A DNA stretch of 64,000 nt from Chlorokybus atmophyticus (lineage: Eukaryota; Plantae; Mesostigma and Chlorokybus algae), in NCBI GenBank assembly GCA_009103225.1, contig RHPI01000818.1, positions 186,001 through 250,000 of the forward strand, in the 5' to 3' direction. A program made the position numbers and the translations under genes. Shown here in pieces: positions 11,438 through 23,214 of the stretch; position 1 is the stretch's first letter; each line of letters begins with the position of its first letter. The notes under the pieces were generated by a model, which made no database searches, had not been told where the DNA came from, and saw only the letters and a program-made list of their open reading frames with translations.

Positions 11438-14400
11438 TTAGTTCAGATACTTGCGACACCTATTATGAGGCGTCAGTGTGCAATAACAACAGCGGCATGT
11501 CAACTGTTCGCAATGCGCGCGCATGCGTGTGCTGCTGCACTAACCTTGCGCTGCCGCAGGTGCAGCTGATCTTGTCATCTTCAATGGGAAACTTGTAGTC
11601 GTATGACAGCTCTTCACCAACACGTATGCGCCTCTTGGAGTAAATGACAATCTTTTTGTGACCATCAATGCTTATGATCTTGGTGTAGCAATTGGGCTGT
11701 ACAGAAGCCACAGGAGTTAGAACAAGACACTGACATGGAATGTAGGACAAGGTCAACACTGGTGTCTGCAAGCCGGCTTACATCACAAGAGTGGTTGATA
11801 AAACGGGCCATGCCACCATGCTTGGTTGCGTCAACCTGCATGCACATGAACCTGTCAGAGAATGTAAATCTGATTTGGCAACATGCAACACCAACTCTGT
11901 CAGGCGAGTGGCCGGCCCTTCAGACCCGAGGCACACTTGCTTCAACCCTCAAAGATGGCATACTCACCACAATCTCGTCATCAATCCTGAAGAGGTAACT
12001 GGACCCAATGCCAATCTGCGTGTAGAGCTTCTCTCTCAAGTCGGATACCGACAGCCGGATGATCTCACCGATGTACTCTATCACAAACTCTTCGGCCTTG
12101 ATGTCTTCGAGAGCAAACAGGCCCCAGTGATGAATCCGGCTGCGCCCGAACATCAGCCGCTTCTTGCGCTCCTTCAGCATCTGTTTGAGCTTCGCACTGC
12201 CAGCCACGACCGCACTGGAGGTCTCGCTCCTGTGCCGAGCTCGCTGCAGTGTGGCTGAGACACTGGCTGATGCAGTGGACACAGGCTGGGCAGTGCTGGC
12301 GGGCACCTCTTCAGCAGCCTCTTCAACAACCTCCTTCCACCTGTTACACCTCTGCCAGCCAGTTACGCTCGCCCGAGCGCAGCCTTGCCAATCAACTGGC
12401 ACATCTGCTTGTGGAGCTGGGAGACTCAAGTTCCCTGTTTGCGTGATGTCCACCATAAGTCCAACCTGTAGTGACTCACTTTGCATTTCTTGCAGCTTGC
12501 GCTTCTTGGCAGTCTCTGCAGATTTCCCGGCATCCACCCGCCGTGCCTTACTGGGCTTCCCTGCTATGACACCCTTTTTAATGGCCATCTGCGCATACTT
12601 GTCTGCATCACCCTGCAATGACATGGATGCAATAAGTGATGCTGATTGACAATCATAGAAAGCAACCATACACACGCATGAAGTTTCACACCTACCATGC
12701 ATGTGGCCTCTTAGCTGGACAGGGCACAAAAACTCTTGAACTCACCTGCTGTAACAACCTCGTCTCAGCTTCCAGAGCCAGCTTCAACGACTGGAGCCTA
12801 GTGCCGTCAACAGCAGTCAATATGTACGCCGGCCCCATCCCATCAGTGCGCGTATACGCCTTTACACTTTGCCATAAGTAAGGTCTCAATACCTGCCAAA
12901 CCCACTGGACAGCTGAGTTTGGGGAGTGTGCAGACAATGTGCTCAAAGAAAGCCATGGGTGGACTGGTGGTGCCGGTAACAAGTACTGTAAGATGTTCAA
13001 ACAGCAGGTGGCTTGCAATGGTTGCTAACTGCGCTGCACCTTGGTTAGGAGTGTATCCTCAATCTGTTCGCGTCCAAGTCCATGCCACCACTTCGATCCA
13101 ATCCACTGCGCATTGGCTTCTGTAACCTTTGATGTGTGAACGGCTGCATGACGTGCCTTTTTCCTCTTTGCAGTATTCGCAGGTCTGCTGTCGGGGTGTC
13201 TCGCCTTCTTGTCCTTGTGACCGTCAAGAAACTTGCTCGGCTTGGCTTGACGTGGCCGTGAACGGTCGTAGAAGTTACTGAGGGCGTTGTCAGTGTTTGC
13301 TGTTGACGTTGCTGGCGCTGCAACGGGGTTTCCTTGTTGACTGGGCTGCAAATCACTTGCTGAGACAGGCTCTTTGTGAGAATCCTTACAAGCAGTACTC
13401 TTGTCGATACTGACAACAGCTTCAGGAGCAGCTGTGCATTCGGCTGCACCTCTATCGGTTTTGGGATCCTTCGTCGGTGCAGTGGCCTTGCCATGTAATT
13501 TGCGTGCGCGCTTCTTGCGCCTGGCGTGAGCAGCGCGCCCCTTCTCAGTTTGCGCTCGCCTGGCCTGCTCATTTTTTTTCACCTTGCCTGGGGCCTCATC
13601 AGTTGTTTGGCCTGCAGTCATTTGCTCCGGTTGGCCATTCGCCTTCAAGCTTGCCTTTGCTTGTAACTTGGCACGATAAGCAGCTCGCGCCTTCTCAGTT
13701 TGTGCTCGCCTGGCTTCCAAGCTCTTGTATGCTTTCTTTTCAGCTTCACCTGGGTGAGTTTCCTTGGGTTGGGGTGACTCATGCTTGTCGACCCCAGCGC
13801 TGTCATCCGCCTGGAGTTGGGCAACACCACAGTCAGACGCACCATCCTGTGAGCCAACATCACCATCAACTTGTGGCGGAGAGCCAGCGACAGCATGACC
13901 TACCGCATCCTGTTGCGCATTGTTAACAACAATGTCGTGTGCTTCCAGAGATGCAGAGTCCAACACTTCCCCGCCAACTGCCAGTTCAGCTTCACCAGCA
14001 GCTTGCTCGGAAACATCCTTGGCAGTGGGGCCTGCATGAGAGCACCCTTCGGCAGCGACTGATGCGCTCTTGGCAAAAGCCGCACCGCCGTTAGCCTCCA
14101 CTGGCAACACCTCCGACATCTCCTCAGCGCATTGCGTGTTGCCTGTCGCAGGCCCTGCCTGCAGTGACTCCAGGATTGGAGTATGCTCAGCAGTTTGCGT
14201 GGGTGTTGGCGCGCGCTCTGAATGGGGCTCAACTTCAACTTTCAATCCATATAGCGCATTCAAGGACTCATCCTCCGCGCTGGCACTGGCTGGCACGTGA
14301 TGATTGCTACACTTCTCTGATCCTAGAAGAGCGGGCTCAACTTCAAATCCAGGTGGCGCATGCATGGAGTCATTGTCTGCGATAGCAGCGCTGGCATGAG

Positions 14401-16098
14401 CGTGGTGACTGTTATCGCCATTGTCAAACCCAGGTGGCGCATGCATGGAGTCATTGTCTATGATAGCAGCGCTGGCGTGAGCGTGGTGACTGTTATCACA
14501 ATTGTCTGGTCCTGCAGCAGCAAACAGGCGTTCAGCACAGGCGTCCCACGCTTGATGTGCAAGCAGGCTAGCAACCAGGCAACTCAGAACAAATGTACAT
14601 ACCACAATCGTCTTGTGCACCAGGTATTCTGGTTTGTTGTTGCAATGGTATGTGGGGATGTCTGACAAGCCACTCGTCCAACTTCGTATTGATTGCCCTC
14701 GGCATCAGGACATGCCAGGCCAGCGCAAGCACCTGCATGTGCAATTGAATGCTATCACAACTGGTTGCAATTGCATATTACATAACACAGTACAAACCAT
14801 ACCAGCTGTGCTAAGCGCTTGCGAATGAGATCACCAGCAGCGTTCATGGTTGCAGATCTGTATCCCGGAGCCACAGGAGCCTCAATGACGTCTAGAATCC
14901 CCTTCAACCGGAAAGCCTGGTCGGTACTTTTCTCAAGACAGACCTGTTTGCAGTTATTTACGAATGGTAACTACAGTGCTGAAACATCAAGTCAGAGCAG
15001 CATGGGTGTTCATGCCAATCGTGTATACCATCACATTTCTACCTCGCGGTCTTCTTGCAGGTGGCCGCCATGAAACCAAACCCGCAACGTGAACAGATCG
15101 AATGGGCCTTGCAGCTGCCCCTTGGAGTCGCGAAGCATCCAGATCTTCTCGTGGCCCTTGAACAAGTCGCAACCTTAAACATTCAACATGCTTATGCAAA
15201 CTCCGATATTCGTTACTAATGCGGTTGGTGCACAAGCTCTCACCTTCAACATCTGGCGCAACTGCGGAGGCACTTCACCGTGGAGTGCTGGCTTGGGGGG
15301 TTTTGGCAGCAACTCAGGTGGCAAGCCATTGCATGCTATGATGTAACAGAGCGGCAGAGCGGGGCCGTCCAAGTGAGACGAGTGGTGCAGAAGAAGATCT
15401 TTCGAAATCTGCCCTTGGTCCAGGTAGTATTGCAGGTCCATCAGCTTGTATGGGCCATGAGTAGCATCGTGGGTACGGTTGATCCACACGCTCTCTGAGC
15501 TGGTGGGAATGCTAGTGTTGTTGCTTGACGTGTGCTGCTGTGCAGCATTATGACAGTGCTTCGCAGCCCAGTCCAATAACTGCTGCATTGTGGTCTCCTG
15601 TCCACTTTTGCAATCCAGGACTGTGGTTTGCGCACTGATGTGCCTGTGCATGCAACATGTCAGCTGGAGAACCCAGCACAAACTTCTATCTACTAGCCAT
15701 TGCTGCAGCAGCAATGGCTAGTAGATAGAAAACATTTGACTCTGGCTTTAGAGTAACGTACCATACGCTAGCTACCACTGACGAAACTGCATACAACGAC
15801 AACTTTTGCGACAATCTGTGGCCACTACACAAAACCAACAGAAACAAAGTGTGTATATGGAATTTGTGACAAGCAGGGCACAGCTTGGTAGTGTAATTGA
15901 CGCAGTGCGTAGGTGGCTTCTGGTCAAGTTGCTTCTAAACAACCGCAAGGGCTACTGGCAGGGAGATGCTGCTTACCCTTGCTGCCATTGCCGCTGCAGC
16001 TGCTCCAGCGACAGCGGCTTGGTGATCTCGCCGGAGCGCTTGTCTCGGTAGCACCACTGCGCAACCTGCATGCTTGAGTTGGGTGCGGCTGCCTCCAT
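11438..16098 (-). CDS. ATXR7: SET1-class H3K4 methyltransferase, ATXR7/SDG25-like, with N-terminal GYF-like modules
   Basis: SET and post-SET regions: [91 protein letters not shown]. Last exon 11438-11460. GYF-like W..D..G..QGPF segments lie near the N-terminus. Start ATG 16098 is inferred. Confidence 0.9.
14345..14506 (-). repeat. In-frame 81-bp tandem duplication (2 x 27 aa) in the large ATXR7 exon
   Basis: Units 14345-14425 and 14426-14506 encode [27 protein letters not shown] and [27 protein letters not shown]. Confidence 0.95.
15684..15730. repeat. Perfect 22-bp inverted repeat with 3-nt spacer in an ATXR7 intron
   Basis: TTCTATCTACTAGCCATTGCTG-CAG-CAGCAATGGCTAGTAGATAGAA. Confidence 0.95.
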
Positions 16099-17222
16099 GT
16101 TTGCAGGAGCGGCAGGCCATTCAAGAATACACTCAGACACTGAGAGCTGACTGACTAGAATACTCGGACAGCAAGTCTCTCTTCAAGACGCCTGAGGCTT
16201 GGCAGCCACCAGGGCCTGCAATCTGCGGATGATGCTTGCAACTGCTGGCCAGCCTTCCGTCCAATCCATCCGCCGCCCCGCCTCCACCGCTCGCTAGGTG
16301 AAAGCGCCACACTACGCCACTCAGCTGGGCCAACCGGCGGCGGCAAACCCCACCTCCAAGGCACCCGAGGGATAGCTAGCCTAGTTGGCTCAGCCTACCA
16401 GCACACCGCCGCCGCCATCAAGCACGTGTATGTCGATCATGTGCATGGAATGTTGCAGCGTCCGCACTCAATACGTGCGGCGAAAGTTGCCACACTTGTT
16501 CGTGTGACAACATTCCCCATTGTTTGTTTAGCAGCTCTCCTGACACCAGCATTGCTAGTCCAGCAACCTTGGCTTTGATAGATGTGGTCTCGTCTTTAGC
16601 GTTCAGAGGCTTGGGCAACCATTGTGTTGGTCAATGCTGTGCATATATACCACCATGCCTACCGTGTGCACTAAACAGTCATCGTGCTATGTGTGTCTGC
16701 AGTTTCACGACCGCAACACGACCCTGTTGTTTACATGAATGCAGAAAATGGATCCAATGGTGGTGCATGCAGCTTATCTCGTGCCAGGTGCCACTCCGGT
16801 GGGCTTCCAATGCAGATGCATGTGAAAAGGTGCTTACAAGAAAATTGCACATTGAGCACTGCGTAACGCCACAAAACATGCCCCAAGTTCGCAGAACTCA
16901 CAACCTATCAACCTATACATGGGAAGCGTCACAGTGATATACAAGGCGCAGCTGCTAAACATGCAGCCAAATTACATACAAGCGTCTGTGGAGTTCTGCG
17001 CAATGTCTTCAAACTACTCCTCCAAAGGAAAATTGGAATGCACAGCCAAAGATGTACAGCATTTACAAAGTGTGCAGCATGCCACTACCTGGTGCCCCCA
17101 AGCACGCGTACCCTCCTGTCAACCTGTGGCTTCTTGATATGGCACCAACTTGCTGTTGAAAAACAGCCTTCCCAGAAGGTGCAACAATCCGCCAAGGGTT
17201 AAAATTGCGCAGATTGCTGCTG

Positions 17223-19080
17223 CTAATAGGATGTGAAGTCTCTTGCCGGCTGTCGAGGAACATATATTTGTAGGATGCCATCGACAAACTCCGCCGTGAC
17301 GGCATCATCATTAATGTCATAAGGAAGGGGCCAAATGCAAGCGAAGCGTCCGTGCGGGAGCTCCTGGCGCTTGAACTGAGCAGAGGGCGAGTCCACATCC
17401 AGGAGCGCATCGTTAGCCAGCACGTCCAATGGGCGGAAGCCGGATATCACGAGCTGGCTGGATGTGAGCTCGACTCGAATGTTTGAGGACCGCACGCCAG
17501 GCAGCTCCACGCTGACGGTGTAGAGGGTTTGCGTCTCGCATATGTTCACGCGCGGCTTCCAATCGCCTTGCAAGCTCAAATTCTGCAAGGCCACACAAAG
17601 AAGTCAATGCACAACAATCTGTAAGCAAGCAAGCAACCTGCTCATGAGCATGATGCGTCACACAGCCAAAATAATGTGTGCTGCAAAGGCAGGCGTGACA
17701 ACATTGCCATTTGCAACAACATGTAAGTGCTGTATTGAAACTGACCTGCTCGTTGGGCTGGCGAGCGCTGCTGCTGAAAGTGTGGTCATGCACATATGGC
17801 CCAGTCGGCTTTGTTGATACGACATTCTCGGCCTGGTTTGGTGCAGCAAACTTGGGAGGGTTCTGTGCAATACTCGACAGCTGCTTTGCCTGACTGCTTG
17901 GCTGGGCAGGATGCGAGTACACAGGAGGATTGGGGATGGAGTACAGCAATGCTTCTGCGGCAGGCCTCACGGGCTTGCGCGATGCGGTCCCGGCCACATT
18001 TGCAAAAGCGCAGTCCGATGGTGATGGCCGTGCAAAGTTGGGCCTTGCAATCGCTGTCGCCGGCCCCACAGGCACCCGTCCAATAGGCGCTGAACTGCTG
18101 GGTGCCTTGGCGCTGCATGGCGCATGACAACCCTGACTGCATGAACACTCCTTAGCAGCTTGCTGACCAGGAGGACACGCCTGTAACAGGTGTATACGTT
18201 GATATGGTGGTAAGTTGGTAGGCGGCTACCCTGAGCTCATAACGATTAGCCAGAGTGCCAACACTCGCAAATTTCAGACACTGTTGACAACATGTACGTG
18301 CATGGGGCATGGTACAGCTAAATCATGCGCACGTCTTTGGCAACCTCACACACTCAGCGCAGGAGAAAACTGTGACTGCTCTACTCAAGACTACAGGAAT
18401 AGCACAACTCCACAAGGACCTAGCACTGGCGTACCTGGCAAATGCAGCGGACCCAGCGCCTGTGAGGGCCATTGTTGCTGCGTAGGTAGCTCTTAAAATC
18501 TATGCGCGGTGCAGACCGCGTGTGCTGCCACCCGGAAGCGCGCGAATCATCAAGCTGGTCGCGCACCTTGTCAAAGTCCATGTACCAAAGAAAGGCCTCT
18601 GCATACGTCTGCACAGAAGCAAGTGGTCAGCGATACTCACTTGCAGAGCACACCTTGCCTCATCTGGAACTTAATGCGAGTGACACCATTTAAAGCTGTC
18701 GTTGCGGCTACAATGCACACACTAATTAGCTACTGCCACTCAGCTGTATTGCAGCTGACTGGCAGTAGCTAAATAGGCCACTGCTTGGGGCAAAAACAGC
18801 ATGTGGACTAGCAAGCAAAGACTTGCTCAGCATGATTTCGCTTGGCCTACATGACAGCTGCTTCAACAGCCACGGCAATGTAAGCAGCAACGACGACGAC
18901 ACCGACACCATCGACAACAACAACACAACTGAGTTCAACCTGAAGCAAACATACCGGTTCTGCGCTGAGATCGCCGTGCTGCAGCTCGCTATGCTGGAAT
19001 GCTCCATGCGAGAGCTCCTTCAGGTGACCGTGGAGGCAGTGAAGGCGCCGAGCAGCGGTGCGCTCATCCAGCGAGTTCAT
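17223..19080 (-). CDS. ACD31.2: Alpha-crystallin/HSP20-domain protein, ACD31.2 (ACD32.1)-like, with N-terminal PTS2; middle exons not fully resolved
   Basis: Last exon 17582-17223 encodes DWKPRVNICETQTLYTVSVELPGV..IRVE..GRFACIWPLP..INDDAVTAEFVDGILQIYVP (HSP20 domain). First exon MNSLDERTAARRLHCLHGHL..SAEP joins LSC, parallel to Arabidopsis ARRRLAAFAAHF..VPLNC. The linker has P.FARP-like motifs. Confidence 0.75.
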
Positions 19081-20068
19081 TTTTCAACAAGCACAGAACC
19101 AGACCGTAGCCTTACTGACGCGTATGTACAGCAGGTGTTGTCGATCAGCTTTGAACGGCTGCTGCAAACCAGCACATCGCCAAAGGCAACTTTAAACGGC
19201 TTGATACCCAGGCAGATGAGGCTGCGCTTTTTAATTCTTACCTTGGCAATTTAGCAAGCAGTACAGTGAGTGAGCAAAGAGCAAGGCGCAATCAACTTCT
19301 CCACCACCGCCGTCACCGCCACCACCACCGCCGCTGCCAGTAAGATTGCGTCAGCAACCGTAATTCAACTGGGAGGCGTAACGTGGTGACGCTACTGGCC
19401 GTAACTGGCTACGCGAATCGACTACTGGCATGACATCCACCTATCAAGAACTGCAGGCACAGGTGGCCATCACAGACCAGTGACAGCAGGCACCAGTGTG
19501 GTTGCAGCGCTTTGCTCTGTATATGGAAGGCAACACTCGCTCAAGTGCTCCATGCCAAATTCAGAAAGGACAGTGTATGCAAAGAGCTGGTTGCCTAATT
19601 GAGGCTGAGTCCCATGTTCACAAGCATAAATTATTATGCTGCATAATGCAGACAATGCACCACTGATGACACTGCGCTGTGTAATCATTTAAGTGCAATT
19701 GCGGAAGCTACCTTGCTGCCATAAATGTTCACGTGTCTTGCAGCCAGCTTGAGCGGATGGTACAGCTGTGGCGAACTCTTCATGCACACCAGGTACAAAC
19801 ACTCCACACATATACCCTTCACAACGTGCACACTGCTGAAAGCTCAGCAAGTGGTCACAAGCAGACTAACAGCAGCTTCGCTTTTGGAAAGGAAAAAGTA
19901 CATGGTTGTAAGGACCTGAGGGTCCTTGTGACTAGTATATACAAGTAATACAATGGTGGAGTAACCCAAATTATGTACTGCTAGGAGGTAGGTTGGTAGT
20001 ACTGCTGTGATACCAGCCTATCACAAGTTGCATGTGCTATTGTCTAACCAACTGCGCGCCCACATCAT

Positions 20069-20644
20069 CTAGAAGTCTGCATCGGTGGTGAACTGGAAGC
20101 TCGCAGGGGCCTGCTGCGATTCATCAGCCATACCAAGGACGTCACCCAGCTCCATCCACAGCCGCCTGAGCCGCTCCATGTTGAGCTTTGCTGTTGGGTG
20201 AACCATGCCAGGAGACTGAGAGCTGCACACCACGCAGAGCTGCACTTCACGAGCAGCCTGCTCGCGCGCGAGCTGCTCCAAACCTTTGTCGCAGTACACG
20301 GCGAGGCTGTCGAGGCCATAGAACTCGGCCTCGGCCTTGACGCTGCGGTACACTGTCTCATCGGCAGGCATGTTGAGGCTGCCCCTGAGGTAGTTGAGGA
20401 TATGGCGGAAGTATTTGCCATCCCTGTCGATGGGGACCGGGCAGTGGAACGGACATGGCGCCCTCGAGCGGTACTCTGACTGAAACAGCCTGGGGAATAT
20501 TGAGCCTGGGTCCCGGCACAGCGTGTCCAGCGACGTGCTCAGCTGCGTCCCACCTATGTTGAGCGTCACCGGCATGTCCTTGTAAACCGTCTCCCCGCAC
20601 GCGCACCTCTCGGGCAGACCCATGAACCTTGACCCATCCTTCAT
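20069..20644 (-). CDS. Intronless T1/KCTD-type BTB/POZ domain protein (191 aa)
   Basis: VTLNIGGTQLSTSLDTL..DPGSIF..LF..IDRDGKYFRHILNYLR..EAEFYGL is the KCTD-type BTB signature; single ORF from ATG to stop. Confidence 0.85.
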   Translation of the reverse strand: MKDGSRFMGLPERCACGETVYKDMPVTLNIGGTQLSTSLDTLCRDPGSIFPRLFQSEYRSRAPCPFHCPVPIDRDGKYFRHILNYLRGSLNMPADETVYRSVKAEAEFYGLDSLAVYCDKGLEQLAREQAAREVQLCVVCSSQSPGMVHPTAKLNMERLRRLWMELGDVLGMADESQQAPASFQFTTDADF

Positions 20645-21839
20645 CCGTTGGCTCAGCCAACTTGGCTGTCAACGTGGCCGTCTGCAAGCGTGAAGCCTTT
20701 GCGCGTGGACTGCGTAATGCAAATCTCATGACACCACATTGCGCAATTGGTTGTAAGGTGCTTACTCTGGCAAGCCATTTCAACAACCAAAAATTCCACA
20801 CACAGACCAACGGCTTGCCAGCACGAAGCTAGGGTGTTTGAGTTGCGCAGCAACCGCGCGGACACCCAAGCTTTGAGCCTGCTAAGGCACTGCACTACTT
20901 GCTCACTGCACAATTAGACGTTTTAAGGCGCAAGTGATAGCTGCAACACTGCAGACGCTGAGAACAAAGTGCTCAAGAGCAAATGACGCAAGTTGAGTGC
21001 ACCGGTGGATGATAGCCACGACACGACAAATCACAAGAGTCCGTCACTAGTGATCAAGACACACGGCGAACTGCAAATGCCAGTGACTGATGTACATTAA
21101 AGCGGCCAGTACCAACAGCAACCTTCGCAGCAACTGTGCGAACCCTAATGATCACAAGAAGCTACATTTTAGACAGACAACGCACAACATGGCTGTGAAG
21201 CCAATGTTTCGATGTCCATGGCAAAAGCTTCTGGCAGCAAAGACCACTGTTGAAAACTTACCAGCAACCCTAATATTAACTGAAGATTGCGCCGCAGGCT
21301 AGCCAGCAAACCAAGCCTTCCTCCTCTGCAGCCAGACCGGCTACTGGCATGGCCCCTATATTGTCCTCTGCCCTTCCTCGCTTACTGCCAGAGACGCTGG
21401 CAGCCTAAGACACCAGCAAGCCGCCTCCCACAGTCAACCTTCTCGCCCTGGCCTCCATCTTCTCGTACTACTTCTCACTACCTGTCTCCTCCTCCTCCTC
21501 GTTCTCGTCCTCCTCCTCCTACTCAGCAGCAGCAGCAGCAGCCGTCACCTTCGCCACGCACAGCCTCAATGCTAGGCCGCACGCCTGCGCGAATGTGGCT
21601 GGTGGCTGCCTGTTGCCGGCGGCTACGACATGACGGCCATTAATGACCGACCAACGGGCGGTTAGCACAGCCTGTGATTCGATGATCAATAGGGAGATCG
21701 TGCGAACATGACTTTCATGAACCTGCAAATTCTGCAATGCAGAGACTCTGGCCTGGAGCTGCTTAGCTGTTTTATGAATGGCCAGCTGAAGGTTGAATTT
21801 CCCAAAGTGTCACACATGCGGCATGCTCAATAAACATTG

Positions 21840-21951
21840 CATCAGATACTTTGTATACTCCAACCTTAGCGAATCTCCATACATGTAAAATGTTACATCA
21901 GATACTTTGAATACTTCAACCTTACAAAAGACTTTTACATGTACAATGTCA
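21840..21951. repeat. Degenerate 56-bp tandem duplication in an AT-rich intergenic region
   Basis: CATCAGATACTTTG.ATACT.CAACCTTA...TACATGTA.AATGT.A at 21840-21895 and 21896-21951. Confidence 0.8.
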
Positions 21952-23214
21952 TGTATTCTTGACGTGCTTGATGTCCGAGTAACTTGTAAATCAAACGACC
22001 ACCACCCCCTCTTTCTTGTGATGGTTCATGGTTAAAATGCACATGTCAACATGCTTAGCCACCTTTGCTATCATGTTACAATCTAAGTATTGGCAAGCAA
22101 GGAAATACAGGCATTGCCGGTAGCGACGCGCATGCTTATAAGTGATGATGCCTTCAATTTAAATATAAAGTGCCGCACACATTCATGAGGCTTGATTATG
22201 CATCCGTGTGACACACTCATCATGTTGGCATTGTCATAGTGAAAAGGCTTGGCACCACATGATGCATTGGACTTGTGGTGGGTGCGAGAATTGTTTAGCG
22301 GATGTGCTGAGCTCTGATATCGCAATCGCAACGTATGTTCGTGTGGTATGGCAATTACAACCACAATGCATTATATAACAAGCGCTTAGTGAAACTTCCT
22401 TCTTACATGCAAATAATGTGCATTTTAATGATGCCAAGTCCAACTTTGTTGCTGAAGGTGTTAGCTGGCGGTATGCAATCTGTTTTAAAGGTGATCCAAA
22501 ATTTAACATGTTTACGTAAGGTTTACGACCTCATAAAGTTGCGCTTGCGCATGTTAGGTGATAGTCACATGCTTCGATTGTTAAAATGGTGTTATGCAAT
22601 ATAACTCATGTATGATTTATGAATTATGATTGATAGAAACTTTTGAAGCACTCCAAGGCATATTCAACAGGTGTCAAATTTTGACCACATTTGTCATGGT
22701 TGTACAGTCGTCGTTCAACCACAAGTTGGTTGCAAAATCTCGAGAACATACTGCAGGTATGAAGCTGATCCAAAAGTATTTTGGAGTGCTGGGATGCATT
22801 GAGCCAACCACATGATGGCGGTTGTGTACTGTGTGCGACAAGCGCTTACAAGCAAACTCACAAGCACGCTCATAGTGCAGAGTGAGAGGGGGTCTTTGCT
22901 GACGTTTCCACTACCATAGGGTGCGCAAGGGTCCACGTAAAGCACAAGATATAGCATATCAACGTCACTTTCAGTAACCAGCAGTAATTACCAGAATTTG
23001 TGCATAATGTAGTCAATAATAGTGTCTGATTTTCAGTTGGTAATAGCAGTTACACAAGGTAGGTGGGCGATGCCATTCGCACCAACCTGTGTGGTTTTTA
23101 TTAAACTCCTAACCCTTTCCCTGGTGGAATCATTATCAGCTACCTGGACCTATTGAACGCATCAATTCACCAAGTCAAATAATGCATGTTGCAACCTGCG
23201 CCAGACGCCAGCTG

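Noticed and set aside
19351-19353. In-frame TGA after Cys (GC*RN) suggesting selenocysteine readthrough upstream of the small HSP
   Set aside because: The TGA is part of a CTGAC branch-point motif before a CAG acceptor. The flanking peptide has no redox motif and no SECIS was seen.
21990-22960. Possible Ty3/gypsy relic on the minus strand (ILLDQLHTCSMFSR resembling RT LLDQLHGA..FSK; YQSSAHP resembling integrase SSAYHP; purine tract near 22005)
   Set aside because: Matches are only 5-7 residues, spaced far too closely for RT and integrase, with many stops and no YxDD or LTR pair. Would need a TE-HMM hit.
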